A stretch of 64,000 bases of DNA from Schizochytrium sp. TIO01 (taxonomy: Eukaryota > Protista > Bigyra: Labyrinthulomycetes): NCBI GenBank assembly GCA_004764695.1, contig SMSO01000025.1:1798001-1862000 (forward strand), in the 5' to 3' direction. This document shows, piece by piece, positions 12,514 through 25,595 of the stretch (positions are counted from its first letter, which is position 1; each line of letters begins with the position of its first letter). Below the pieces are notes generated by a model. It saw only the letters and a program-made list of their open reading frames with translations. It was not told the origin of the DNA and did no database searches. The position numbers were made by a program, and so were the translations under genes.

Positions 12514-13038
12514 TTAATTCATCTTACGCTCCACAGAGAGGCCACCATCCTCACCGCGGCCCTTGATGTCAATGTGCTTGACCTTGGGGATGCCGATCAT
12601 GTTTGTGGTGGTTGTCACAAAAACGTGCAAGAGCTCCTTGTCAACGCCGTCAATCTTGGTGATGGCATGGACGACACCAGCCTCGTCCTGGAACACGTGA
12701 ATCTGCTTCTCCGGGAGAGCAGAGAGGGTCACGATGTAGTGGCCGGGTTTCTCCTTGCTCTCGACAGTCTTGCTACCATAGGCGGTGTTGCGCTCGATCA
12801 AGGTAAGCCCCTCCTCAACAATCGGATCACGAGCATACAGGATCCAGTACACCTTGACCGGTTCCGACGGATCGAGCTTGCCATCCGCGCCAATGTTGGC
12901 CTCGTAGATCACAGCGTTGCAGTTAGAGTCGCGCTCGATAAAGAAGAGCACGTTCTTGCCGCAGAACGTGTTGAGGAGCTCCTCGGTCTTGGCGCCCTCA
13001 GGCATAGCGCCCGCAAAACGTTCCTTGGTGGAAGCCAT
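12514..13038 (-). CDS. DUF4833-family protein, 174 aa
   Basis: LFFIERDSNCNAVIYEAN..GKLDPSEPVKVYWILYA..EGLTLIERNTAYG..IPKVKHIDIKG matches the DUF4833 pattern as I recall it. Strong codon bias; ATG at 13038. Confidence 0.8.
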   Translation of the reverse strand: MASTKERFAGAMPEGAKTEELLNTFCGKNVLFFIERDSNCNAVIYEANIGADGKLDPSEPVKVYWILYARDPIVEEGLTLIERNTAYGSKTVESKEKPGHYIVTLSALPEKQIHVFQDEAGVVHAITKIDGVDKELLHVFVTTTTNMIGIPKVKHIDIKGRGEDGGLSVERKMN

Positions 13039-16000
13039 AGTGCTACTCACTGGTTGCTAACCCTACTGTTGATCTTGTCCGCGCTTGTCAATCTGTTCTT
13101 GAGTATCTGCGAGTCTAAAATTGGAGATTTGCCGCAGGTATAGTGCAAGAAACGAAGATGATGTGTCAACCACATAGGCATAGTCATTTTGGTAGAAGTT
13201 ATAGTAGTTCGCCAATTGTTAGCATCACTCCCACTTTTCGTCAGTACTCATGGGTTCACAATATTCCAGCACACCCCCTCTCCCAAGAAGACCTTACACA
13301 AAAACTTCTTGTGAACCTTTCTTGCCCCATCAGCCCCCACGTGCTTGCTGTGCAGCGAGCGCGCGAACTCCTCAATAGCTTTAACAAACCCTTCTTCACA
13401 TTCCCAGAATAGCTACGAATACGTCGCCAACCCTTCATTGCCATGCATAGCTCTCGCACACGTTCCCGAAAAGACCGCCTCCAAATTGTTTGTGCCATGT
13501 GCACAGAGCAATCTTGAAGCCAGTACCTACTAGCCTCCTACTAGCCGCCACATAGAACCTCCTAAGCCATGTATGTATGTCCCAACCCAAGTCTCGCGTC
13601 TAATCCTATAGCACATCCTAGCAGCACACCCAGAAGCGTTAGAGATTAAGAGGCAGGGTTTCGTGGCTTCGTTCTCAATTTGTAGTGTTCTATATTGGCT
13701 GCGTAGTCGTACGTAGATGTTCTTTTCCGCGTTCTTTCTTTGCCTTCTTTAGGTTGTTCAATATTGAATGTTCGTTCACTCAATCATCGTGGAATCCCTT
13801 TGAGATGATGAATGAATCGATTGATTGAGAACCTACGATTGAGGCTGGAGAAGAGAACACGCACGCAGCCCGAGGGAGGCTTGCGGCGGCGCAGAGAGCG
13901 AGCACGCATGCACTCGTGCAGAGATAGATATTCCGATAAGAAGGCAAGAGGACGGGAGTGGCCCTGAAGGGTGGTGTATGCACGAACTGAAGCAAGATTG
14001 AACGCAAAGTAGAAAAGAAAGTATCCAAAGAGATGCCGAATGGGTTTTCTTTCTTAGTTGGCTTCGTTCCTTTGAGAAACAACGGAGCCGTTCGAACCAG
14101 CAAACACAGAGTCTGCTGAGGAAGAGCAGAAGAACACAGAGGAATGTGAAGGAAGGCAGGGACTGGCTGCCCTCCGCAGGGACTCTACCGCGTGGACGTA
14201 GCTACTGGAGCGGAGACTGGGCTTCGCGCTGCAACTTACTAACTCACTGATACCGTTCTGAAGGCGCCAAGGTGGCGCATCTGTAGTCCCGGATTTCCGT
14301 ATTTACTGGGGAAAGGTCGTACGGAATTCCGGGTATGAACTGAATGAAACTCCTTGTGATTCCCGCGCATGCAAACCTTGGCGACTTGATATTTAGAAGG
14401 AAGTCTTTGTTTGAGATTTTGATGTGGCAGCTTGGAACTAGAAGTAAATGTGGTTGAGAAACAAGGGCTGTATATTGGGAACTAGAGTTGAAGCTTTGTC
14501 GAAGTGCACTACTAGCGACACATCTGTGAGGCTGAGCGATCCATATGCTATGAGTATTTACCAAAGCGAAAGGATTGATCGACATCCCTGAGAGTTTAAG
14601 AGGTATCAAGTCACGCCTTGTTGTAGAGTATTTGCATTGTAACATGCGGGTCTCTAGTTATCAAACGAAGTAAGCTCAAATTCGTTCCGCAACGACTACG
14701 TAAAAGTACTGTTTTGTATCCTCCGAAAAGGATTTGCTTTAACTTGAAGTATTTGGTGTAAAACTTCGCAGGTATACAATTAAGAAATATCCTCTAGTTT
14801 TGATATGGCTACAAAACGATTCTTGAAAACCACTTGGTGGTCTATATTGTGCTTAGCAGGTAGATACAGAAGACATTAACGATTTGCAGTAGAAAGAGTC
14901 GAAGCTATCATCCTAATGTCGAGAAGAGCTTGGAGCCAATGTTACAATATCTGTAGCTTGTTAAAAGATAGCTCCCCAGGAGCTATGTATAAAATAGCAT
15001 GAAGTTTAAGACTGAATTCCCGTGAGTATTGTAGAATTTTGGTAGAAAATAGCAAGGTTGGACAGTCATGGCTTACTCAGGGGTCTGAGGCATTTATTTA
15101 GCGCGAATATACCCCACTATTCAGATGTCTTACGCTGGTTGTGCGCAGTGACGGATCGTTGTATTATTTCTTGATCCACAATTTTTACTCAGAGGCTACC
15201 TTTATGAATTATTTTGCTTTTGTGGAAACTCAAGTCAAAGCTCATTAGTAATCCCGCGTATGAACTGGAGCGTGGCTTTTCGTAATCGTTTTAGATTCAA
15301 CGAAGATATATTCGAAGAAAGATGTAAATAGAGTTCTTTTTTTAAAAGATGAAATGCTTTCACTGTGCATCTCTCTAATTCCTCCTCCAAATGTAATATT
15401 TAGATAGCTGTGTTGCTGCCAATAACAATCACATTTTGCTTATAAAATGATCTCACTAAATTTAAAGATTGCCAGGCTCAAAACCCTGATTGGAAATGTC
15501 GAAAACAAAACTTGCACATACCCAATTTACTACAACATCTCTAAAGATGAAGACATCAGCTCCATTGCTATCATTTCAACCTAGAGAATCTTATCACGAC
15601 GAAAGAGACTCAACTTCCTACAGGAAGCCTTAAAATGAAGACGTCAGCTCGGTTACTATAACTTTGGAAAGCTAACCCTGGCCAAAGGAGCCATTTGTCA
15701 GGAGTGAATGACCAGAAAGTATGGTAGGGCAGGCTTAGCTTCTGTAGGCAATTTTGAACAGAAGAGGGGGGCAACAGACGTCATAGTACCTACCATCACA
15801 TACAAGGAAGCGATGGGAAGTGAATCCTGAGAACTTGGGTACCTTGTGTTACGATCATTAAAGTGCAAATCTTGTCATCAATATCAGGTACCAAACTGCT
15901 TCAAACTTTAATATTTATTAGGCGTGTATGCACTAGTCAGTCTTGAGGATGTCTTTGTTTACGTTTTCTTGTGAATAGACCTACTCCTGTTTTGGAGTGA

Positions 16001-16562
16001 TTAGCACGTTTATGAAAACTTTTTTGTTTTTATTTTGTGTGTTTTAAAAATAAAAATAATTAAAAGCAGTCATATTTAATAGCTATCCGTTACGACTACC
16101 GAGAGCGCTGTTCACCCCCATACTTGACAGAGCGTGAGTGACTCTATGATGCCCCTAGTCAGTGTGAAAGAAGACAGCAGCAAAATCAGGCTTCTCAGAA
16201 AGATAACAGAAGGTAAAGTACATAGCGTTGTAACCTCTACTTACTCTGTATCAAAATTAGTTTGATAGTGCTCTTCTATTCCCTAGCATTCCCTACCCTG
16301 TAGTAATTATTGTCTTTTTTTAAAGCTGAGGGCTAAATCGTGCAAAGAGGCGGTGGGTTCAATATGCTTGTGCATGCCGTGCGCCAGCAGATAGAAAACG
16401 AGCTTGCATATATGAATGATAAGCGGTTTCCCATTTCCTGAGGACAGGCTGGTATATACTCAGCGCGACCCAAGCAAGAATTGGAGCCCCTTCATAGCGA
16501 CTATATGAGAGGGAAGCAGCAAGGCTGAATGGGATCAATCGATCTTGTGACGCGACTGTGAT

Positions 16563-19205
16563 ATGAAGGTAAGGCGGCTGGGTATTAGCAGCCATGTGCC
16601 TAGAATACAGAATGCTAGTTGCTTGTTCACAGCTTTTCATAATAATATTATCTTTACGTTCTTATTGGCATGGATCTTCACAGCAGTAGAATCAGCCAGT
16701 GTCATAGAGGATTGCTCAAGTATCGGGCGAACATATTGCTCAACCTATCTAAATTGCTACTGGAGTTCAGAAAGTGGAGTTTGTCTGCAAAAGACTAATT
16801 TTATATATCCTACGAAATCACCAACACCAGAACCAACTGCAATACTTTCCGATGGAGACTGCTCTCAATATTCTAACATGTGGGACTGTGCGGATTATAT
16901 GGATTGCGAGTGGAGCTCCAGCAAAGTTGCTTGTGTTGCAAAACCACCTACGCCGAGGCCTACCGCTTTTCCAACAGTAGCGCCAACACCTGAGCCGACA
17001 AATTCGCCAACGGGGAGCCCGACATTGTTTCCAACAGATTTACCAACTTTATTTCCAACGAATACGCCTACGGCTTTACCAACACATTTCCCTACAGAGT
17101 TGCCAACAACTGCTCCAACTCCTAAGCCGACTGGGTTACCAACTTTATTTCCAACGAATACGCCTACGTCTTTACCAACACGTTTCCCTACAGAGCTGCC
17201 AACAACTGCTCCAACTCCTAAGCCGACGGAGCTACCAACTTTGTTTCCCTCCAAATCTCCAACAAAGAATCCAACAAACCAACCTTCAGAGGCACCGTTC
17301 ACTACAACTAAAGTCCCGACAAAGCAACCTACATTGTATCCTACAAAAGCACCTACGCTAGAACCCACATATTTCCCTACATTCTCGCCAACTGCATTTC
17401 CCACCATGATACCTACAACACCAAATCCAACTCAGTCTCCTACCTGGTCACCCTTTGCCGATATTTCTCAGTCAGGTGCTGTGGACCTTTTCTCGATTGA
17501 TGAAGCATCAACACATCGATCAATTCTGGGATTTGAAACAACAGTGAATGCAAGTCTTGTGTTATTGGGCTTTGAAAAGGCTTTAAAAACTGTTGACCTA
17601 TATCAACTTTACGGAAATACATCAAACATAGAGGGATTGCTACAAAGTCAGGTGTTGGTTTCACTGCATAATATAAGTACGAATGATACAACAAATGATC
17701 CTCTTATAATTGCGCAAAACTACCTTTGCGCAGATCCAACTGTTGCGTCATGCACAGTAGAGGGACCTGACTCCGACATTCGAAGAGTCTTGAGTACTCA
17801 AGATTTACAACCATTATGGTGGTCACGCGTTCTGAGACAGTCGGATTTCATGAATGCTGCCACTGCCAACATTGCAAGCAGAAGTGAATTCCCCTATATT
17901 ATTACTGTTTCAGAGTATGCATCAGCATATTTTTTAGTCCAAGTTTACGAAAATACTTCTCAGGCGAGTTTCGATATGCAGGTTTCAAGTCAGGCGTTTT
18001 CGTCTTTCATGCAGAACTTTACTGAGGAATTTGGAAGGGCTACAGGAGTGGACATCTTTAGTGTGTTTTTAAGTTCTAACTTGTGTTTCAATGTCACATG
18101 CCAGAACAATGGAACGTGCCAGGAAATAGATAACGAAGCTTCATGTCAATGCATTTCTGCTTTCTCAGGTGAATTATGCGAAATACAGACCGCTACATCG
18201 ACCACGCCTATAAGTATTGGAGTTTGGATCATTCTTGCGATCGGAGTTATTGTTGTTCCTGGTCTCATTATCGCCGAATATCGCAGAAGGAAGAATGGCC
18301 AGGGTTCGTTTTCAAAACGTAGTGCGAAGATTGCAGATGCAGACATATATAGAAAAAGATCTGTATTACCTCCTCAGCCCAGAGCTGGGCCAAAGTGTTT
18401 CGATGATAAGAAAGAAGCTACTTCTCAACCAAGAAATCTGCCAAGACAAGCTGAAAACAATCAAAAGATTGTTCAGGAGTCACTAAAAGAAAGCTTACAC
18501 TCTTCTTTGAGTAGTTTCGAGAGTATCAAAGCACCAAGCAACAGATCTCAAAATGATAAGAGCCCAAGTGATTCTAGTAACAACCTCCAAACCCATGAGA
18601 CTAGCAATGAACAATCCCCACTTTCTTTTGGTAATGAAATGAGGGAGGTGAGGGACTCAAAAGAAAAGTCATTGAATTCGTCACAGTCAGGCGATTGCTT
18701 CAAATCAGCACGGATTCAACCAGTGATGAGTATAAGCCCACCAAGCCTCCAGCTTCCTACACTTATAGTTAAAGCTGAAACCCGCGACTTTGTTGATCTC
18801 GACCCTCCTCGTCATTCCTTTGGAACTCCGGTTTCTTCAAGCGTGAATGATGGAGGAGGTTTTCATCCACCTCCCAAGCCATTTTTGCCAAATTTGAAGC
18901 ACACTCACTCTGCGAAGTTCTCTTCAATCAAAGCCACACCATCCGCTATGAATATGATTCTTGGCATTTCACAAAATTCTTCGAAAGCTGGCGACAATTA
19001 TGATGAAGACGAAAGTCCCTCGCAGAGGTCAATCCCCACTGCAAAGGAAGCAAAAGGGTTTGCAAAGGGCAAATTAGACAAGTCCAAAAGTAGTGATGCA
19101 TCAGCGTCAAAACATCACGCAGTAAGAGTTATTCCAGTTCAAGAAATAGAAATCGTAGATGGTGTCTTAGAAACAGAGGATTTGAGCATTAACAGTAAGA
19201 CCTAA
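16563..19205 (+). CDS. Type I membrane mucin-like surface glycoprotein: two Cys/Trp modules, xPT stalk, EGF domain, TM, disordered cytosolic tail
   Basis: 880-aa ORF with a hydrophobic signal region, CYW and CEW Cys modules, PT repeats, [28 protein letters not shown], and [21 protein letters not shown] followed by YRRRK. Confidence 0.85.
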   Translation: MKVRRLGISSHVPRIQNASCLFTAFHNNIIFTFLLAWIFTAVESASVIEDCSSIGRTYCSTYLNCYWSSESGVCLQKTNFIYPTKSPTPEPTAILSDGDCSQYSNMWDCADYMDCEWSSSKVACVAKPPTPRPTAFPTVAPTPEPTNSPTGSPTLFPTDLPTLFPTNTPTALPTHFPTELPTTAPTPKPTGLPTLFPTNTPTSLPTRFPTELPTTAPTPKPTELPTLFPSKSPTKNPTNQPSEAPFTTTKVPTKQPTLYPTKAPTLEPTYFPTFSPTAFPTMIPTTPNPTQSPTWSPFADISQSGAVDLFSIDEASTHRSILGFETTVNASLVLLGFEKALKTVDLYQLYGNTSNIEGLLQSQVLVSLHNISTNDTTNDPLIIAQNYLCADPTVASCTVEGPDSDIRRVLSTQDLQPLWWSRVLRQSDFMNAATANIASRSEFPYIITVSEYASAYFLVQVYENTSQASFDMQVSSQAFSSFMQNFTEEFGRATGVDIFSVFLSSNLCFNVTCQNNGTCQEIDNEASCQCISAFSGELCEIQTATSTTPISIGVWIILAIGVIVVPGLIIAEYRRRKNGQGSFSKRSAKIADADIYRKRSVLPPQPRAGPKCFDDKKEATSQPRNLPRQAENNQKIVQESLKESLHSSLSSFESIKAPSNRSQNDKSPSDSSNNLQTHETSNEQSPLSFGNEMREVRDSKEKSLNSSQSGDCFKSARIQPVMSISPPSLQLPTLIVKAETRDFVDLDPPRHSFGTPVSSSVNDGGGFHPPPKPFLPNLKHTHSAKFSSIKATPSAMNMILGISQNSSKAGDNYDEDESPSQRSIPTAKEAKGFAKGKLDKSKSSDASASKHHAVRVIPVQEIEIVDGVLETEDLSINSKT
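17040..17248 (+). repeat. 96-bp (32-aa) coding tandem duplication in the PT stalk
   Basis: Near-identical units at 17040-17135 and 17136-17231, plus a partial third ([11 protein letters not shown][A/S]LPT[H/R][15 protein letters not shown]). Confidence 0.9.
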
Positions 19206-20783
19206 AACTAATTGAGGTTTCTTTTCTAGTTTGGCCACGTCTGCAGACGTTTCTGTGGTCGTCTGCTGTCCTATACTTTTTTCTTTTTCTTTTTTAAATC
19301 TAAAGTAAGCGTGGAGGAGTTGTTGACAATAGATTCTACGTTATCCCAAATGATATGTGTGGCTAATGTTTTCTTCGATTTTTCTTGAAGCAATGCCCGC
19401 CTTCATCAGTGTTTCTTTCTTGAGGGAAGTTCTTGAGTTTCTGTAAAAGTTAAGTTGTGTTCTTGTATTCCCTTGTCTGAATACACTAGGATTTACAACC
19501 TAGATCACATTTATATGACAAAAGTTAAACAAAGTAAATATCTGGCAGATTTTGTTGAGCAGGCGAAAGTCTAGCTTTAAATGAGCCCTCCTGAATTTGC
19601 TTTTTAGTATGGTAGCATTAATTAATTAATCATGACTTCTCGTGTCACATATTAATTTTTATTTTAAGTTTAAAAAAATAAATAAAATATATATAGAGAG
19701 AGAAAACACTTCTATGCCCTCATGACAAGCGGTCTTGTCATGTTTAAACAAACGACGTGAGATCAAACGAAAGCTTTCAGTAATATTAACTAGTGGGCCA
19801 AGAAGTCCTGGGACGCGTAACACCTTCTATATTCTTCTTCAGCCCAAGAGAAATGGGAATTAGTAGCAGGTATTCTGCTCCAGCGCTCGCTCTTTCTGGA
19901 GGAACTCTACGAGAAACAGACTATCGAAGCACTACGAGTAAATTAAAAGTGCAGAAATTCTGGTACCTACTATTACCCGCTCCTAGTCGCACTTAATGCT
20001 ATGCACTAAAGTCTCTCGTTTTGTTATATTTACGATATACAATTTCTCTTTTAAACTTATGAAAGCATTTTCAATGTTCGCCTCAACAAAAACATAGGAG
20101 AATACCTTTATATATATATATATGTAGAGAGTAGGGTATATTTAAAATGATGTAAATGCATTATATTTGATTCGCTGAAAGTCGAATGAATGATAAATGA
20201 AGGAAAGAAGGAAAGCATAACTAAATGAATAGTAAGACCAGCAAACGTGGAACAGCGATCAATCAATCGATCGATCAATCAGTCGATCAATTCCGATTCG
20301 GAGGGTTAAGTCTGATCTGCAGCAGCACAACAGCAGGGAAGGTAGGTAGGCAATGGAATGCATCAGTCTCTGCAAGCATGCCCAACGCGGTCGGGACTAT
20401 ATGCGGCGGGAGAGTCACTCACGGCGGACGGCGCGGACGAATTCGGAGGTTCGGACGACTTGAGGCATCGTCGTCCACCATATATTATATAAATGTAATA
20501 CCTTCGGAACGTGCCATTGGGATGCCGATTTATGCTGGTAACTCAAAAGGCTGAAGCAAATGCGAAATAAGGTGGGCTCAGGCTTTAAAGGGCAAAGTCT
20601 AGTAGCGCGGAAGAAGACTAACGAGTGCAGTTGGAGTTTCGTGGGCTGTGTTCATTTTGCTTTCTGTGTCTCCTTGGCTTTTACTGTGGTGATTTCGTGA
20701 ATTTTGCCTGGATAAACGAATTCGTTGGATTTGGACATATCTTGCAGGAAAACCATTTTAGTCCTGAAGAAACGTATATCAAG

Positions 20784-21788
20784 ATGCTTGACGCTTCTAT
20801 GAACATTGTGCTTGCCGTAGGCCGCATCGCGGACCTTAGCAACGAGACAAAGGCTCTTTTGGAGAACAAGCGCGTGCTTTCTGTTCCTGATGCCGAACTT
20901 GGTAAGTTTTCGAAATAAGGACAAGGCAAAACTCATCTGGGGTATCTGCTAGAAACCATTGACCTTTTGGTGAAGATGACCGGGCGAGGTCTGAAGCAGG
21001 TTGAGTTTTCATTTAGATGAGGCTTGCACTGCATAAATGGAGGTGAGGCTAACAACTATGCTGTCAATGTGAACGATGCTGCTATTGTTTTTCGGGATTT
21101 TCTTATTAATGTGGACTCTATAGTGCGTGACACAATCCAGGAAGCTCAATACTTTGATGCAGCAGTGCTTACTGCTACCGCTTGCCTTGATGGTGCAGCT
21201 GACGCCGCTGTCCGCCGCCTTCGCCCGGGTGCTAAGGTGATTGTCGATGGTGCCGAGGGCGACCACGTTGTCTCTGTCAAGGGTATTCTCCTCATGTGTG
21301 GATTTGTTGACACCACCGAGAGTGGATCTTGCCTCGTTGCTCAAAAGCCCTCCTTCGAGGCCAAAGGTGTGCCTTTGAAGAAGCCTGCAGCCAGCGACAG
21401 TAACAAGGCAGCTGTCTGGAAGCTTATGGCCAATGATCTTGACGAGGACCATGAACTTGCAGATGAGGATGCCCTTTTGGCTGGGGATGAAGTCCCTGTG
21501 AAGGCTGACCCTGCCGAGTGCGGCCCTGCCGACTCAAACGGCAAGAAGCGTGCCTGCAAGAATTGCTCATGTGGTCTTAAGGAGATTCAGGAGGCCGAGG
21601 AGAAGGGCAATGGCGCCGTTGCTCAACCGAACGCTTCCGCCTGCGGTAACTGCGCAAAGGGCGACGCGTTTCGTTGTGCTTCCTGCCCCTACCTTGGTCT
21701 TCCTACATTTGAGGCAGGTACCAAGCCCCCTATCGAGGTTCGCGAGGACGGTACCAAGGTTCTTCTCAACATGGGCAACGATATCTAA
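20784..21788 (+). CDS. DRE2: Anamorsin / Dre2 (CIAPIN1), cytosolic Fe-S assembly protein, 2 exons, about 260 aa
   Basis: Exon 20784-20901, intron GTAAG...TAG, exon 21124-21788 (phase 1 consistent). Motifs KPSFE, C-X11-CKNCSCGL and SACGNCAKGDAFRCASCPYLGLP. Confidence 0.93.
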
Positions 21789-22133
21789 AGTTCTTCGCGA
21801 TAGTTCACTTCACCTTTTTGATTGGTTTCGGCCATTTCCTCTATGTCTCTGCGGACTTGCAAATGTAGTTGCTAAATGCTCTTTCTTCGTTACAAAGTTG
21901 ACACAACACACAAGGGCAACAACAAAACGTACAAAACGTGAGAAAGGAAAGACTCATGTGGCATACATTTTGTAAGAGATCCGTGACATATCCATCCAAG
22001 TCCTTGTCAAAATGCATGCATCATAAACTCGTATAGGTTTTCATTTTTTACTTTCTTTTTTTTTTTCCGCTGAAAATTACAAATAAAGCTAATCCTTTTG
22101 CAGGAGCCATCAAATGTTGAAATTACATTAATA

Positions 22134-24276
22134 TCAAATCAACAGCACGGACTGCTCCTTTATGGCGCGTTCTTTTCGCATCTCAAGAGAGTCGATAGCG
22201 CATCGCAATTCTTCTATTATGCCGATTGAAATTCGATTAAGAACAACAATTTGCTTGAATTGCACCGCTCCCATGGGTACATCACCAAGACTGCTATAAA
22301 AGTCAGGTTTAAACAAGTAGTACCGTAACTCCTCTTCGCTGTTGTCAAGAATATGGTCTAATACGCGATAGCTTCCTAAAACCAGCACTTGAAGTAAGCG
22401 TGCATGCTGATAGATGCGCACAGCAAACGATCCGAGAGATCTTTTCAGAATATGGGTCTCGCCCTCGTTCTGTTTTTCACGTTTCCTGGTCATGTCTTTC
22501 CTTTTTTGCTTCTTTTCTTTCTTGGGGCTATATGCGAGTACTAAAGATTGCCAACTCTCTATAAGCTCTACAAACCGTCGCACCACTTTGATTAATGCAT
22601 GGCGTGTAAACTCCGATCCAGCTTTACTTAATTGAGTAGCTAGTGTTTCGGAGACTACAGCTCGGGATCTTCCTTGCCAGATCGCCAATGTAACTACATT
22701 ATCAAGTTCTAAAAGCACTGCCACTTGGTACTCTGAGATCGCTCGCAATATATCACCTCCGCCTCCGGCAACATGTTTCCCCCCAGCTGAATGTGATGCA
22801 CTCTCATCATTGGCTGGAAAGTTATCGTCGAAGACTTCTGGCGGGTGATATTCCTTGTTAGACCTCTTCATGCCGTTTCTCTGTTGCTCTTTACTGGACA
22901 TGGAGCTTGGTGTCATCTTGTAGTATGACGTTTCTTCTGTATCTTCATCGGGCAGACTCTCGTCATCCGAAGATGACGATTCACTATCAGAATCCCAATG
23001 ACTAGGAGGACTTTGCTGCTGTTGTTGCTGCTGGTAGCGTTGTTGATACGACGAGTAAGATGCGTATGATGCTACACTAGAGATGCTTGAACGCCGCCTC
23101 CCCCGTTCAGACGGAGGTTCTAAAGCAGAATCAGGAGCTGCAGCAGCACGTTCTCGAGCGGTCTGCAAATGATGTAGAACCCTAGTTACTCCTTGTGCAT
23201 CGTATTGGATAGATAAAGTTTGCAAGAGTTCTACAAATGTCAATGGGTTTGGTGTTAGCACATTGCTGCGATCCACTACTGTCTGAGAATTAAAAAGCAT
23301 ACAATGGAAAAGGCGGAGGATGGCACAAACATAGACGAGTTGTTGAAATCGATTCTGGAATGAAACTTTCCCGCATGCAATAGGGACGCCAACAACAAGG
23401 CCTACATTTGCGATAAAGGCTGCATCATGCTTGTCTGCATCTTGCGTTAGGTTAGAAGTACGGCCACGAGGTGGCAATCGGTTCGCTTGAAGTTCATTCA
23501 ATAAATGTTGTAACAAGCCTGGGATAGTAAAGAACAAACGCTTTAATTCTCGGTCATGAAGTGCCGCATCAGCAAGCTCATTGATACTTTGTAAAACAGC
23601 TTCCGAGTTTGAAGTTTGACGTGACATAATGTCTGCTGAGATATCCATATAGAGGTCATGCATCAGGCTTTCGGACCCGTCGGGATCTAGGCGTACTTCG
23701 ATGGGAACCCCGGTGCAAAGACGAATAAGTAAACTTGTCCAAGCGCTTTCTATCTGATTCAACAATAAGCTCCCTTTTCCCAAGCTGCAAGTTCAACCGA
23801 TCGACGTTTTTTTCCAACTAGATAGCAGATCTCAAAATGACGAACAGTCTTATTTATCTCATCTTCGACAAAAATCTCTGATCGTTTCTGCAAAGATGTC
23901 ACTGAAATGATATCCTTAAGCATAATCGGTAAATGAGCGCCTTCTCCTGCCCAGATGTTTCGTTTCGGTTCTTGCCGACTGTAATCAAGTATGAATAAAA
24001 CCGCCTCTGTTAAAAGTACAACTCGATGAAACTTCTTTTCTGCCTTGTTATCTCCATCCTGAATTACCTCTGCTGCAGCTTCATAGTACCGTAAGGAATC
24101 ATAGACCTGGTCGCCTAGTGCCTATGCATTCGAAGTTAAGCGCACGAATATCTTCATCGTTAGTTGAACTGGAGAGAATACATGCCATGCATTTTTTAAC
24201 CTACCTTGCGAAAGCGCCCCGGGTCTAAGAAAAACCCATTTCGAACGCTTTTGCTGCCTCCTGCTATTCGTGACAT
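22134..24276 (-). CDS. C12orf56/DUF4551-like protein, 2 exons, with one apparent frameshift near 23775; about 686 aa if repaired
   Basis: Exon 1 is 24276-24205 (MSRIAGGSKSVRNGFFLDPGRFRK), then a GTAGGT..TAG intron. Exon 2 from 24121 reads ALGDQVYDSLRYYEAAAEV..FHRVVLLTEAVLFIL..PIMLKDIISV, which resembles the C12orf56 N-terminus from memory. It joins the 549-aa ORF if one base is restored in GGGAAAAGGG. Confidence 0.65.
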
Positions 24277-25595
24277 GATCTACACCTCAGGCATTCACGT
24301 TTGTTTATGTGATGTTGCAGCAAAATTTGCACATATCACACAAAGAACTTAATGAGGTAACAGAAGACAGATTTCTCTTTAACCCAGACTTATAAGCAGG
24401 GCGTTTGAAGGGTTTGTATCACTTTCTTTACAGTGCTTCACCGGGCTCTACCTCGCCTTGACGAATCAAGGGTTGGTGATGATAGTACTGTACTTTTATT
24501 GATAGACGGTGTCATCTTAGTAAGTACGCACCCTAGCGCTGTATTCTCGTTCTCGTTTCCCACCTTGTTTCCTTTAATCCAAAAAAATCTCTTTTCCTCC
24601 CTTTCAGTTGTTTTGTTTATTTAAGCTCCTCGTTCTTTTCCTATTCGTAACGGAATATGTTCTTTGATTAGTACTAAGACATGAATAGTCTCAACACTCT
24701 CGTTACTCTAGCCAGTCATAGGCCATCCCTATCAATCCTTCGACTTGGAAAAGATATCAGTCCTAACGAGGGATAGCCTTCGACTAGTGAAACTAAAGCT
24801 GATCATGCCGTGGATAGCTAGCTACTAACTAGGTAAGCACTAGTTTTAATAAGCAGGACGACAAGTTTCGTGTCTGAAAACGTTAGAAACAATTCTGCAA
24901 GAATGATATGGTCTTTTCCGACGAAGAATTAAAATTCATCATGAAGTTGTTGATATTCTCGAAGAAGACAGCACAGAACGCATACTCTTCTACAGGGGAG
25001 ATCTTGGTTTATTGCGAGTGGTTTCACATTTGTGTTTCTACTTATTCTGTTACTTAACCAGGTTTCACGCTTTCATGGCCATCCTCAGCTCAACATCCTG
25101 TGCAAAGCACAAATGTTACTACTTTGCCAGTAAACCCATATTTGTGTTGGGTAGATAAAACGCCAAATTATTGAGTGACTCACTTCCTTCTCTCCAAGGC
25201 ATTTGAATAAGGCAATATCATCTGTAGGTAGGCAACCCTCCCACCAAGCATGGCTGCCCAGGTACTCAATCAACAACCCGAACGAAAGAGTACAACCGTT
25301 GAACGCGGAATTCCGGGATCTCGATGCACCATAGTAAACCTTGCTATGCTAGACGAAGATCCTGGAGTTGGCAGGGCTAAGGAAAGGAGTATACACTGCT
25401 AGATGCTAACTGACTCACATGTGACCATCAACGAGGCCCTTCTCGAGTTAACAGGAACTGGTAAGACTATATGATGGGATATAGGGATGTCAAACAACAG
25501 CAGCAAATAGCAGAGGATGCAGCAAAACCCCATTTTTGAAGTGCTTGTGGAGCTGGTCAATTAGCAAAACAAGTTATTGCCTCTGGTGGACAAAA

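Noticed and set aside
20453-20477. GGACGAC..GTCGTCC hairpin upstream of anamorsin as an iron-responsive element
   Set aside because: No CAGUGN loop or bulged C, and a 7-bp stem is expected by chance.
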